Assembly (NCBI GenBank): GCA_005793025.1
Contig: SXQI01000074.1
Span: 1-58,430, forward strand
Direction of reading: 5' to 3'
From: Verrucomicrobiales bacterium
Lineage (GTDB): Bacteria > Verrucomicrobiota > Verrucomicrobiia > Limisphaerales > SXQI01
DNA length: 58,430 nt
Shown: positions 10,028 through 20,034 of the stretch, one piece after another
How positions within the stretch are numbered: position 1 is the first letter of the stretch
Layout: the number at the start of each line of letters is the position of its first letter
The notes under the pieces: generated by a model
Told to the model about the DNA's origin: nothing
What the model saw: only the letters and a program-made list of their open reading frames with translations
Databases searched by the model: none
Made by a program: the position numbers and the translations under genes

Positions 10028-11338
10028 TCATAAAAAATAAGAATTCACCAATCCGAGAATCATGCCGGTTCCAATAACCTTCAGTAAATTCATTTTCAGG
10101 TGGGTTAATGAAATGTATGCCAAAACTGCGACTCCCAATGAGAACCAATGAACGCCGTGGTGAGCGGAGTAAAAAACTTGCCACCCGAACCAAATTCCAA
10201 GATTCAAAATAACACCCACCACTGCCGCTGTGACTGCGGAAAGAGCGGCGTTCAACCTAGGTTGACCTTGTAAACGTTCGACCCAAGGTGCCCCGAGAAA
10301 GATGAAGATGAAACTGGGGACGAAGGTGGTCCAGCTTGTTGCAAGCGCCCCCAGAAAACCAGAGATTGATGGGGCCAACCCTCCAGGATTTGCATACGCG
10401 CCTAAGAATCCAACGAATTGTAGAACTATAATCAGAGGACCCGGAGTGATTTCCGCTAAGCCTAAACCGTCCATCATCTGAGATGCACTCAGCCAATGAT
10501 GGCTCTCCACGGCTTGCTGTGAAACATAAGGTAATACCGCATACGCTCCTCCAAATGTAACCACTGCTGCCTTGCTGAAAAAAACTGCTTCCTGCACTAC
10601 GGAATGATCTTTTCCAAGCCACGCCGTTAATAGGATGACTGGACCCCACCAAATCGAGAGTCCCATGATCAATACTCTCCGGGCATGAGAACCAAAACCG
10701 AGAATTGTTTGGCTCCTTTTGTGTGAGGAATGAAGGGAATCAGGACTTTGTTCTTTTGGCGAATCTCCCAAGGTAAACTGTGTGGGTGCGAAACGGCCGC
10801 CAATCCAACCAATCACTGCGGCTCCAAGGATTACCCATGGGAACGAAATCCCAAAACCGAATAGACTGAAGAAAGATATTCCCCCAACCATCCAGAGTAG
10901 GTTGGAACGAAATGCCTTCCTCCCGAGGCGAGCCACAGAAGTGGCCACGATTGCCACAACGACTGGTTTAATTCCAACGAATAAAGCGATCACCCAAGTT
11001 ACATTACCGTAAAGGACATATAACCAACTCAACGCTCCGAGGATCAGAACCGATGGGATTACAAAAAAGACCCCAGCAATGATTCCGCCTCTGATTCCGT
11101 GGAGAAGCCACCCGATATAAATCGACAATTGATGCGCCTCAGGACCCGGTAACAACATGCAAAAATTCAGAGCGCGAATGAACTGAAACTCTGAGATCCA
11201 TTGACGCTTTGCAACCAGTTCCTCGTGGATAAGTGAAATTTGGCCTGATGGGCCGCCGAAACTAATGAATCCGAGTTTCAACCAAAACCAGAATGCCTCC
11301 GAGAAAGAAGGTCTATGTTGGTTCGTTAGATCCTTCAT
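10028..11338 (-). CDS. chrA: chromate ion transporter (CHR family, two fused CHR domains)
   Basis: Two copies of the ..FGGP / ..FGGAYAV.. CHR signature occur in a polytopic protein of about 435 aa. The ATG at 11338 still overlaps the upstream helicase gene by 26 nt. Confidence 0.8.
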   Translation of the reverse strand: MKDLTNQHRPSFSEAFWFWLKLGFISFGGPSGQISLIHEELVAKRQWISEFQFIRALNFCMLLPGPEAHQLSIYIGWLLHGIRGGIIAGVFFVIPSVLILGALSWLYVLYGNVTWVIALFVGIKPVVVAIVATSVARLGRKAFRSNLLWMVGGISFFSLFGFGISFPWVILGAAVIGWIGGRFAPTQFTLGDSPKEQSPDSLHSSHKRSQTILGFGSHARRVLIMGLSIWWGPVILLTAWLGKDHSVVQEAVFFSKAAVVTFGGAYAVLPYVSQQAVESHHWLSASQMMDGLGLAEITPGPLIIVLQFVGFLGAYANPGGLAPSISGFLGALATSWTTFVPSFIFIFLGAPWVERLQGQPRLNAALSAVTAAVVGVILNLGIWFGWQVFYSAHHGVHWFSLGVAVLAYISLTHLKMNLLKVIGTGMILGLVNSYFL

Positions 11339-13934
11339 GTTGTGCCATGAAATCGTGATCAACTTGATCGTCTATCCTGCCGAAAGCCAAGAGTTGTAAA
11401 TCAGGAAATTGATTAGCTTTTGAAATTGCCAGATCTACTCGAAAAACAAGGGACCATGGGTCCGCATCCTCCTCTTCGGTGTCGATCAACATCTGTTCGA
11501 CCAACCATGCTGAGTTATCCTTCAAAATCTGGACTCGTGTATTTATTGCACTTCGTGCAGCAGGGTCGAGGCGGATTCGGTCATGGTTCAGATGGTAATT
11601 GTTCGAAAGTTCACCAATCCTTTCCAAATTCCAATCTGTCCCGTTTCCGTCGATAGTATTAGAAAAATTGGCGATGAAACTCTCATAATCTTGCGAAACA
11701 AGGGAACGTAAAGCGGTGAAAATGCGGTTGCGAACTGCCTGAGTGAATTGAGCTTTGTTTCGCGTGATATCGGGGGCGAGGTGAGAATTTGTAGGTTTGA
11801 GTTCGGCTGTATTAATCGTTTTAGGTTGGTAATTAGGATCCCGAAGGCGACTCCACTCCTCAAGTAAACTGGAATCGACCGCTTTTAGCAGCGAGTGAAG
11901 ATAATCAATCATTTCTTCCAATGCATCCGTCCGCGCAATTCCCGGGACTGTTTGAACCAAAACTTTATATACACCGGTAAGATGGCGGAGTAATACCCCC
12001 TCTACACGGTGGAGTTCATAATCCCGAACATAATCGGCGAACGACAGAAAGTTTTCGAACATCTCCCGAGCGATCGATTTTGGTCGAATGTTTTCCTGTC
12101 CAATCCATGGATGCTTTGCAGCGAATTCGTTGAATGTGGAATAAATGAATTTCCGATTTGGTTTTGGGTATTCCAATTCCTCCAATTTGGCAATTCGTTC
12201 CTCGAATTCGATGCCCTCCGCCTTCATTTCATTCATCCTCGCCGTTTTGATTCGATCGAGTTGTTTGCGGAGTATGATATCGGGGTCCTCCACAATCGAT
12301 TCAGCTAGGGTCAGAACATCTAGTGAATAATCAGGATTGGTGCGATCGAGGAGTCTAAGGGTATCGAGGAGGTAAAGTGAAAGGGTTTGGTTGAGGGAAA
12401 AATCTGACTGTAAATTCAGGTTGACCCTCACCTTTGCTCCCGTGGTTAATGGTTCCGGAAGAACTTCGAGAATTTGCCTCTCATGCAGTGCTCGGAAGAG
12501 TTGAAAAGCTCTATCGCGCAGTTGTTTTTTGCCTGCGAGGGTTTCGTGGCAAGCGCGGATGAGTCGGCGCATGGCCTCGCACCCATCTGAGGGTCGGGAC
12601 AACACATTCAGAAGCATTGCATGGGTTACTTGAAAACGTGAAACCAACGGTTCAGGTGGCGAATTTAACAGCCGTTGAAAGGTCTCTTCGCTCCAGTTGA
12701 TCGAGCCTTCGACAGGCTTTTTCTTTACCATCTTTTTGAGTTTTTTTTCATCTCCTCCGGCTTTGCGTTCGAGACGCAGATTTTCGATCACGTGTTCGGG
12801 AGCCATGGCAATAACATAGCCGATATGATCGAAACCTTTGCGCCCTGCGCGACCAGAAATCTGATGAAAATCGCGAGCTGTCAGCAATGCAGTTTTATGG
12901 CCATCGTATTTTGCAAGTTTCGTGAAGATTACAGTCCTTATGGGGACATTGACCCCAACTCCTAAGGTATCTGTTCCGCAGATTATTTTGAGTAAACCCT
13001 GTTGGGCGAGGCTTTCAACAAGCACTCGATATTTAGGTAACAATCCGGCGTGATGAAGTCCGATTCCATTTCGCAGTAATTTCGCAATTTCAGGGCCGTA
13101 GGGGCTCGTGAATTTGTATCCAGCTGTGGCGACTGAGAGTGAATTTTTCTCCTCTTTGGAACAGAAGTTTAGGCTCAATAGATCTTGAGCAGTCTGCGCA
13201 GCTTCCATCTGGGTAAAATTCACGATGTAGGCTGGAACTTGGTGGTTCTGGAGTAATTGATCGAGCGTCTTTTCCAACGGAATATCGGTGTAGGAAAACA
13301 TCAGAGGCACGGGGCGTTCTGAAGACCGAACGATGGTTGTAGTTTTTGAATTCCGTTGAGTAAGCTCACGAGAGAAAAAATCCAGATTCCCAAGGGTTGC
13401 AGAGATCAACAAAAAACGGGATTGCCCCAATATCAATAGGGGCACCTGCCATGCGACCCCACGATCGCGATCGGAATAGTAATGAAACTCGTCCATGATC
13501 ACGTCATGAATCTTCGCGGAATCACCCTCCTGAAGAGCCATATTGCTCAAAATTTCCGCAGTGCAGCAGAGGATTGGGGCATCGCGGTTAACAGTCGCAT
13601 CGCCAGTAATCAGTCCAACATTGTCAGGTCCGAAATCCTTACAGAGAGCTAGGAATTTTTCGTTAACGAGTGCTTTAATTGGACACGTATAGATGGATCG
13701 CCGACCTTGCGCGATGGAGAGGAAATGGAGAGCCGCAGCCACTAGGGATTTCCCCGATCCAGTGGGGGTATTCAGGATTACATTGTGGCCTTCGAATAGG
13801 GCTAGGATGGCTTCTTCTTGAGCAGGGTAGAGCTCGATCTTTTTTTCCTGAATATAATCGAGAAAAGCAGAAAGTAACCCGTCTGAGGTCGGTTCCGAGG
13901 TGTGGCAAAGCCGACGTAGGAGCGGATGATCCAT
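11313..13934 (-). CDS. Ski2-like DEAD/DEAH-box helicase with a long C-terminal region (DUF3516-type architecture)
   Basis: Helicase motifs [28 protein letters not shown] and SGRAGRKG are followed by about 400 aa of helical C-terminus. The ATG at 13934 is preferred over the GTG at 14000. Confidence 0.8.
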   Translation of the reverse strand: MDHPLLRRLCHTSEPTSDGLLSAFLDYIQEKKIELYPAQEEAILALFEGHNVILNTPTGSGKSLVAAALHFLSIAQGRRSIYTCPIKALVNEKFLALCKDFGPDNVGLITGDATVNRDAPILCCTAEILSNMALQEGDSAKIHDVIMDEFHYYSDRDRGVAWQVPLLILGQSRFLLISATLGNLDFFSRELTQRNSKTTTIVRSSERPVPLMFSYTDIPLEKTLDQLLQNHQVPAYIVNFTQMEAAQTAQDLLSLNFCSKEEKNSLSVATAGYKFTSPYGPEIAKLLRNGIGLHHAGLLPKYRVLVESLAQQGLLKIICGTDTLGVGVNVPIRTVIFTKLAKYDGHKTALLTARDFHQISGRAGRKGFDHIGYVIAMAPEHVIENLRLERKAGGDEKKLKKMVKKKPVEGSINWSEETFQRLLNSPPEPLVSRFQVTHAMLLNVLSRPSDGCEAMRRLIRACHETLAGKKQLRDRAFQLFRALHERQILEVLPEPLTTGAKVRVNLNLQSDFSLNQTLSLYLLDTLRLLDRTNPDYSLDVLTLAESIVEDPDIILRKQLDRIKTARMNEMKAEGIEFEERIAKLEELEYPKPNRKFIYSTFNEFAAKHPWIGQENIRPKSIAREMFENFLSFADYVRDYELHRVEGVLLRHLTGVYKVLVQTVPGIARTDALEEMIDYLHSLLKAVDSSLLEEWSRLRDPNYQPKTINTAELKPTNSHLAPDITRNKAQFTQAVRNRIFTALRSLVSQDYESFIANFSNTIDGNGTDWNLERIGELSNNYHLNHDRIRLDPAARSAINTRVQILKDNSAWLVEQMLIDTEEEDADPWSLVFRVDLAISKANQFPDLQLLAFGRIDDQVDHDFMAQHEGSNEPT

Positions 13935-14088
13935 TGCTGATTGTTTTATTACGGAAACAAGATTACGGTAGAAAGGAGAAAAACGCACACTGTATGGCAC
14001 AATTGACGTTTCATCCTGACGAGTTGGAGGAAAGAATGGGGTAGGTTTAATCGTTTTTTGAAAGCCCGCATCCGATTAATAAAAGGAA

Positions 14089-15306
14089 ATGACCCAGACT
14101 ACAAATTATCTCAAGTCCCTTTCTGATTTTCAGAACGTTGAGATTGGAAGATTGGTAGGCTACATCATCCACGATGCGCTGGAGTCGGGCGCAAGCGATA
14201 TCCACATTGAACCATGGGAAAGCACTTTGGTGGTTCGTGTGCGCTTGAGCGGGGTTCTCACTGAGTTGGTTCACTTACCGCTCGGATTACTCGAAAAGGT
14301 CTCTGGTAGGTTGAAAGTTATGGCAGACCTCATCAGCTACCAAACAGATCTACCACAGGAAGGTCATATTCCCGCAGACCCTGAGCTAGGTGGAGCGGAA
14401 TTGCGGTTATCCGTGTTCCCGACAGTGCGAGGCGAAAAAATTGTAATCAGAGTTTTTGATCCTCGACGACGGAGTTTCGATTTAGATGCTCTGGGATTTG
14501 ATCCCGATTCGTTGGCGAGCTTTGTTCACTTGTTGACTCGTCCCAGTGGATTAATCCTACTCACTGGCCCTACAGGCTCAGGCAAAACCACAGCAATTTA
14601 CTCGGCACTTTATCACCTATCTCAACGTGCCGGACCCACCGTCAGCATCAGCACAGTGGAGGATCCTGTCGAATGCCATCTCCCTATGGTGAGTCAGGCG
14701 CAGGTCAATCGTGCCCGCGAGTTCACCTACCCGATCGCTCTGCGTTCATTGATGCGGCAGGATCCCGAAGTGATTATGATCGGCGAGATCCGGGACGCCG
14801 AAACAGCTTCCATCGCGGTTCAGGCAGGTTTGACGGGGCACCTTGTGATCAGCACCATCCATAGTGGAACCACCAGCGGTGTATTCGCTCGGTTGATCAA
14901 TATGGAGATCGAGCCATTTTTGCTTTCGTCCAGTATCATCGGAGTAGTGGGGTTGCGCCTGATTAGGAACAATTGCCGACATTGCGCCCAACGATATCAG
15001 CCGGAAGCCTCCTTGCTGAACATGATTCCCTCTGATGTTCTCGCCAACGCAGTGTTCATGAGGGGGGAGGGTTGTTCAGAGTGTCTCCACACAGGTTTTG
15101 GATGCCGAACTGCTCTCACAGAAATGTTGATTGCCGATGAGGTTTTAAGAGATGCAATCCTACAAAAACTTCCTACCAGAACGTTGCAACAAATAGCCGT
15201 AGGGCAGGGGATGAGGACTCTTTGGCAAAGCGGCCTGGATCGAGTGATCCAAGGGTTGACTACTGTCGATGAATTACTTCGAGTAGTTTCTGCCGAACAA
15301 GTTTGA
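14089..15306 (+). CDS. GspE/PilB-family secretion ATPase lacking the N-terminal N1 domain
   Basis: AAGGA precedes the ATG. The protein has ASDIHIEP, Walker A GPTGSGKTT, EDPVE, Walker B IMIGEIRD, His-box GHLVISTIH and a C-terminal CRHC...CSEC tetracysteine. Confidence 0.85.
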   Translation: MTQTTNYLKSLSDFQNVEIGRLVGYIIHDALESGASDIHIEPWESTLVVRVRLSGVLTELVHLPLGLLEKVSGRLKVMADLISYQTDLPQEGHIPADPELGGAELRLSVFPTVRGEKIVIRVFDPRRRSFDLDALGFDPDSLASFVHLLTRPSGLILLTGPTGSGKTTAIYSALYHLSQRAGPTVSISTVEDPVECHLPMVSQAQVNRAREFTYPIALRSLMRQDPEVIMIGEIRDAETASIAVQAGLTGHLVISTIHSGTTSGVFARLINMEIEPFLLSSSIIGVVGLRLIRNNCRHCAQRYQPEASLLNMIPSDVLANAVFMRGEGCSECLHTGFGCRTALTEMLIADEVLRDAILQKLPTRTLQQIAVGQGMRTLWQSGLDRVIQGLTTVDELLRVVSAEQV

Positions 15307-15337
15307 CCAATGCTAGGGCGGCAGTGATCTCAGCAAA

Positions 15338-15356
15338 AAGCGGTTAAAATCCGCTT
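15338..15356 (+). terminator. weak hairpin after the GspE-like gene
   Basis: AAGCGG-TTAAAAT-CCGCTT lies 32 nt after the stop codon and has only a poor T-tract (GCTTTGG). Confidence 0.3.
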
Positions 15357-15789
15357 GCTTTGGAGGACTGTGATTTGCAAGCTCTTCCAGTTCTTTGATA
15401 ATTGTTGAACTCTTCGTTCAACTTTACCACAGCCAAATATTGGGAACCTCGTGTGAATCGAGGACGGTTACGCCACTGTGATGGGCTACAAATCTCCAAT
15501 GCCACTGATTTTTTCGAAAATTGGGAAGGCGGAGACAAGGTACGAAGCCCACAAGTCAGTATATCAATCAGGCTGTGCTCATCTGATTTTGATCAACTAA
15601 TACTTGATCGATTCACTTCTCCGTCAAAGAGAAGGATGGGGCCAGTCCTCGCCCATGTGGAATGGGGGAGGGCATTGAATTTGCCTTCATTCTCTGTTTC
15701 CGGGGTTTGAAGGCGTTTGCTTTTTAACCTTGGGCTGTCCTCCCACACATGATCGGCCCAGAAAGCAGGCTAATTAAAATAGGTTAATA

Positions 15790-16605
15790 ATGCAGACAAG
15801 TCGTTTAGTAGTTCTTTTGTCGTGGTTCGCGTCCACTTCCGTATTGTTTGGTGAAAACACGGTTCGGGCAGTTCTCGATTATCATTCGGGGATTGGTTTC
15901 ACCCAAAGTTACACAAACAGTTCATCCGTGATCGGGGTGTCATCCCGAGTGACGGAAGGCCCTTTTGGAGGACCGGTTGATCCTTTTAACGGTCCTTATC
16001 TACCCACCCAACTGCTTTCTATCGGTGCAGGTGGTTTCGTGACTTTACAATTGGATGAACCGTTTCACGATCATCCCGAGAATCCTTTTGGTATGGATTT
16101 TTCCGTTTTCGGAAATTCGTTTTTTGTCATCACCAATGGAGATTATGCAGGAGGTGGGATTACCGATGGGAGCGTTTATCCCAGCACTCCCGGTGTTTCG
16201 CGAGTATCCGTGAGTGGGGATGGAATAACGTTTTTTGAACTCACGCCGTCTCTAGCTCCTAGCTTAGTGACATATTACCCGACCGATGGATCTGGAAGAT
16301 TCGATCAGGTCGCGAATCCAAATCTGACGGCAGTTGATTTTGCAGGGAAGGACATTTCTGGAATACGCTCCCTCTATGCGGGGTCTGCAGGTGGAACAGG
16401 CTTTGACCTTGGTTGGGCAAGGAATAGTTCGGGTGAATCCGTCTATGTTGGGGCGGTTAGTTTCGTTCGAATCGACGTCCTCGCTGGCCATGTGGAAATC
16501 GACGGCATCACTGCGGTGCCGGAACCTACTACAGTAAGTTTATTGGCACTTTTCGGATTGGTCGCTTTCGCTGGATCCAGAAAGGCTCAATCCCCCAGAA
16601 TTTGA
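15790..16605 (+). CDS. PEP-CTERM sorting-domain secreted protein
   Basis: Has an N-terminal signal peptide and a C-terminal VPEPTTVSLLALFGLVAFAGSRK (PEP motif, TM helix and basic cluster). Confidence 0.85.
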   Translation: MQTSRLVVLLSWFASTSVLFGENTVRAVLDYHSGIGFTQSYTNSSSVIGVSSRVTEGPFGGPVDPFNGPYLPTQLLSIGAGGFVTLQLDEPFHDHPENPFGMDFSVFGNSFFVITNGDYAGGGITDGSVYPSTPGVSRVSVSGDGITFFELTPSLAPSLVTYYPTDGSGRFDQVANPNLTAVDFAGKDISGIRSLYAGSAGGTGFDLGWARNSSGESVYVGAVSFVRIDVLAGHVEIDGITAVPEPTTVSLLALFGLVAFAGSRKAQSPRI

Positions 16606-17375
16606 TGATCTTTAGCGGCAACACACGATTCGAGATCAAAAGAGCTGAAGCCAATCGAATGGCCTTCAGCCTGTTAGAATTGTTGGTTGTGATCGCGTTG
16701 ATCATGGTTTTGTCAGGATTGTTACTTCATGCGATCAAGCAAGGGAAGGGTGCTGCAGACGGCAGTGTTTGCTTTAGTAACTTGAGGCAAATGGGGTTAG
16801 CAGCCCAACTTTATTGGGATGATCACGATGGGCGAACATTCCGCTACCGAGGTGCGTCGACCAACGGCGGGGATCATTATTGGTTTGGTTGGATTGAACG
16901 AGGATCGGAAGGCACTCGTCGTTTTGATGCCAGCCAAGGTGCTCTAGCTCGTTACGGAACCGCGAGAGGAGTCGAGACGTGTCCCGCTTTGAATATCAAA
17001 TTGCGTGAGTTTAAAAGAAAGGCAACGGGTGTTTCCTATGGTTACGGATACAACCTAATCCTTTCAGCAAGTGCTCAACACCCAGCTCGAAACATCCAAG
17101 AATTTCTAAACCCAAGTGGATTAGCTGTATTCGCGGACTCGGCACAAATAAATACGTTTCAACCACCTGCCTCGCCAACGAACCCGATGCTGGAGGAGTT
17201 TTATTATATAAGCCAATTTGAAGCGACGACCCATTTTAGGCACAGGGACACAGCTTCCACATTGTTCCTAGATGGTCATGTCGGGCGTGAAAAAATGAGG
17301 AGTGAATCCTTGGATCTCCGTCTGCCCTTGCAACGGGTTGGTCGTTTGTTGGATGCTAGAATTACCGGCGGTTAA
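16605..17375 (+). CDS. prepilin-type N-terminal domain protein of the DUF1559 / H-X9-DG class
   Basis: FSLLELLVVIALIMVLSGLL is a class III signal-like helix with Glu at +5. The C-terminal HRDTASTLFLDG fits H-X9-DG. The ATG at 16605 overlaps the upstream TGA (TGATG). Confidence 0.8.
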   Translation: MIFSGNTRFEIKRAEANRMAFSLLELLVVIALIMVLSGLLLHAIKQGKGAADGSVCFSNLRQMGLAAQLYWDDHDGRTFRYRGASTNGGDHYWFGWIERGSEGTRRFDASQGALARYGTARGVETCPALNIKLREFKRKATGVSYGYGYNLILSASAQHPARNIQEFLNPSGLAVFADSAQINTFQPPASPTNPMLEEFYYISQFEATTHFRHRDTASTLFLDGHVGREKMRSESLDLRLPLQRVGRLLDARITGG

Positions 17376-18754
17376 GCCCCGATATGGTGTTTGATTTGAT
17401 CCGCGATCAGGGAACTCCAAATTTTCAGACTCTCGAGATCACGACCTTCAATTAATAAGCGAGCTTTGGGTTCAGTTCCTGAGTAGCGCAACAACAACCG
17501 ACCCCCATCCTTTTGGACGGCGAGTTCGGCCTGTTGAACGAGTGAAGGCAGCCCATCCAATTCTTCGAACGGTTTTTTCTCTCGAACTTTAACGTTCACG
17601 ACGATCTGAGGGAACCTCGTCCAACAATGCGCGAGTTTTGAAAGTGTCGCGTTCCGTTCCTTCATGATGCGCAAGATTTGCAGTGCACAAACGAGACCAT
17701 CTCCAGTGGTGCCATAGTCTCGAAAAATCATGTGTCCACTTTGTTCCCCACCAAGGTTATAACCGTGCCGAAGCATCTCATCAATGACATGCTTGTCTCC
17801 GACTGAGGTCCGGACGACTTCACCCCCAAGAGATCGAATACTGTGATCCAATCCTGCGTTGCTCATCACTGTTGCGACCACTGTTTTTCGAGCCAATTGA
17901 CCTTGTTCCAGCATGTCGGTTGCAGCGATCATCAGAATATCATCTCCGTCGATTAATACTCCTTTTTCGTCACAAAGCAGAACCCGATCGGCATCGCCAT
18001 CGTGAGCAATACCGAGGTGGGCGCCATGATCGCGGACCGCTCGGCACATCTTTTCTGGATACATGGAACCGCATTCGCCGTTAATGTTAGTACCATTGGG
18101 TTGGTTCCCAAACGCGATAACTTCCGCTCCCAATTCACGGAGGACACAAGGGGTAGCTTTGTAGGCAGCGCCATGGGCACAATCCACGACGATCTTCATA
18201 CCCTCCAACGTTGTTGTTTTGGGAAAAGAAGATTTCGCATATTCGATATAACGCCCAAGCGCATCGTCGATCCGGATTGCTTTTCCGATTTGCGCGCCGG
18301 TGGCTTTCGGGCTCTCAATGTCGCCATGAAAAACTAGATGCTCGATTTTTGACTCAATCAGATCATCAAGTTTGTAACCGTCGGATCGAAAGAATTTGAT
18401 TCCGTTATCGTCGTAAGGGTTGTGGGATGCCGTGATGACGATACCAGCATCGGCACGCAGACTTCGCGTAACGTAGGCGACACCTGGGGTAGGAAGTGGT
18501 CCGATGAAAAGCACGTCTACTCCCATTGAAAGAATTCCAGAAGCTAGAGCGTTTTCCAGCATGTAACCCGAAAGTCGCGTATCTTTGCCGATCACGATTT
18601 TATGGCGTTCACGGCCACGGGCCACTGTTTCAAGGCTGCGAAAAACCTGCGCAGCAGCTCGGCCGAGTTTTAATGCGGTTTCTGGCGTAACGGGTTCGAT
18701 ATTTGCCGGACCGCGCACCCCGTCAGTGCCAAAGATTTTTTTTGGTAATGTCAT
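17372..18754 (-). CDS. glmM: phosphoglucosamine mutase
   Basis: Contains FGTDGVRG, the active-site block ITASHNPYDDNGIKFF, and the DGDADR metal-binding loop. Confidence 0.92.
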   Translation of the reverse strand: MTLPKKIFGTDGVRGPANIEPVTPETALKLGRAAAQVFRSLETVARGRERHKIVIGKDTRLSGYMLENALASGILSMGVDVLFIGPLPTPGVAYVTRSLRADAGIVITASHNPYDDNGIKFFRSDGYKLDDLIESKIEHLVFHGDIESPKATGAQIGKAIRIDDALGRYIEYAKSSFPKTTTLEGMKIVVDCAHGAAYKATPCVLRELGAEVIAFGNQPNGTNINGECGSMYPEKMCRAVRDHGAHLGIAHDGDADRVLLCDEKGVLIDGDDILMIAATDMLEQGQLARKTVVATVMSNAGLDHSIRSLGGEVVRTSVGDKHVIDEMLRHGYNLGGEQSGHMIFRDYGTTGDGLVCALQILRIMKERNATLSKLAHCWTRFPQIVVNVKVREKKPFEELDGLPSLVQQAELAVQKDGGRLLLRYSGTEPKARLLIEGRDLESLKIWSSLIADQIKHHIGA

Positions 18755-18773
18755 CTAAATAACTGTGGTTCAA

Positions 18774-19190
18774 TTAAGGACTTAAAAGGCGTATGTGAAC
18801 TTCGCTCGGAAAGGTTTGATCAACTTGGATTCCCTTTGGAACGTGAACTCGTACTGGTAGGATCGTTGTGTCGGTTTGGAAAAACTGTGTATCCACGTAG
18901 GCTCGGATTTCATTGGTGGTCAGCCTGTTCAAAATTGATGAGTCACCTGATAAAACTAGATTGATACCTGACACTGAAACACTGAAACGGCGAAACTCAC
19001 CTGATGGTTGCATAACACTGATTGGAATGAGTTCAAAAGATTTTTTAACTCGGTTTTTCATCTCAGAATCTTCCTTCGCTCCAGAAGTGCTCTGATCATT
19101 CCGATGGAACACGAACCAGACGATGATGGCTAGCATCAGTGCGGTTAGTTTCAGATAAAAATTATTCGGGAGCAATGCGCGCTTGGCCAT
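18774..19190 (-). CDS. cdaR: YbbR-like domain protein, candidate CdaA regulator
   Basis: Has an N-terminal TM helix and one YbbR-like beta-rich repeat, and sits between cdaA and glmM. The ATG at 19190 is preferred over 19274 and still overlaps cdaA by 29 nt. Confidence 0.55.
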   Translation of the reverse strand: MAKRALLPNNFYLKLTALMLAIIVWFVFHRNDQSTSGAKEDSEMKNRVKKSFELIPISVMQPSGEFRRFSVSVSGINLVLSGDSSILNRLTTNEIRAYVDTQFFQTDTTILPVRVHVPKGIQVDQTFPSEVHIRLLSP

Positions 19191-20034
19191 GATGCGAAAG
19201 TGTTTGGGATCCTGAATCATCTCCAGCAGATCCACTATTAGAGCGGTTTTGTAACTTGCTCCGAATCCAAGCACGCCACGTAAGTTTAGGTTGACGCATG
19301 AAGATGGAAGTCAGAAATGAACGTAGTTCTTCCACGCTGACTCCACGCACCCACTGTCCTTTGTAAGCGTAAGAAATAGTCCCTAGCTCCTCTGATACGA
19401 CAATGACGATAGCATCCGTTTCTTCCGCCAACCCGATTGCCGCACGATGGCGAGTTCCAAGGGACTTACTCAAATCTTGTCGTTGGGTTAGAGGGAAAAT
19501 GCAAGCCGCGAGGTTGATTCGGTCTCCTTTGATAACAACACCACCATCATGGATGGCGTTATTTGGAAAAAAAATCGTCTCCAACATTTCCGGTGTTGCC
19601 TCACAATCCACTGTAATCCCAGACTCTACAACATCCCTCAGCTGGATGGTTTGCTCAAGGGCGATCAGAGCTCCAATATGAAGCTCCGAAAACCGTTCAA
19701 CGCTTTGTACGATCACCTCGATATTTTCACGTTGCTCTCGGGTTGTGCCAAAAAGAGGAAGATTTCCCAATTCCGCGAGCATACGTCGAAATTCAGGCTG
19801 AAAAAGCACCAAAACTGCCACGGCAGAAAAAGCAAAAAACGAGCGAAGGAACGTACTCAACACATCGAGTTGCAGCACGCTTGTGACGAAAGTCAGTGCA
19901 ATCATCACTAAAAAACCAATCACCACTGGCCAACCGCGCGTTCCTCGCACGAACAGGAATCCATAATAGAAGGCTGTGGTTAACACCACAATTTCTACCA
20001 ACGGTCGCCACAAAATTGAAATCCAATCAACCAC
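19162..20034 (-). CDS. cdaA: diadenylate cyclase (membrane-anchored, CdaA type)
   Basis: Three N-terminal TM helices are followed by a DAC domain with HDGGVVI and GTRHRAAIGLAEETDAIVIVVSEE. The GTG start overlaps folP by 8 nt. Confidence 0.88.
   Translation of the reverse strand: MVDWISILWRPLVEIVVLTTAFYYGFLFVRGTRGWPVVIGFLVMIALTFVTSVLQLDVLSTFLRSFFAFSAVAVLVLFQPEFRRMLAELGNLPLFGTTREQRENIEVIVQSVERFSELHIGALIALEQTIQLRDVVESGITVDCEATPEMLETIFFPNNAIHDGGVVIKGDRINLAACIFPLTQRQDLSKSLGTRHRAAIGLAEETDAIVIVVSEELGTISYAYKGQWVRGVSVEELRSFLTSIFMRQPKLTWRAWIRSKLQNRSNSGSAGDDSGSQTLSHHGQARIAPE

Noticed and set aside
15344-15710. The 102-aa (plus) and 64-aa (minus) ORFs in the 483-bp spacer.
   Set aside because: They overlap each other, have no ribosome-binding context or recognisable motif, and their compositions are atypical for proteins. 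The region is treated as non-coding (see the finding for 15307-15789).
15700-15789. Looked for a sigma-54 (GG-N10-GC) promoter upstream of the PEP-CTERM gene, since some PEP-CTERM regulons are sigma-54 dependent.
   Set aside because: No correctly spaced TGGCAC-N5-TTGC-like element was found. The GGC...GC in GAAGGCGTTTGC has the wrong spacing.
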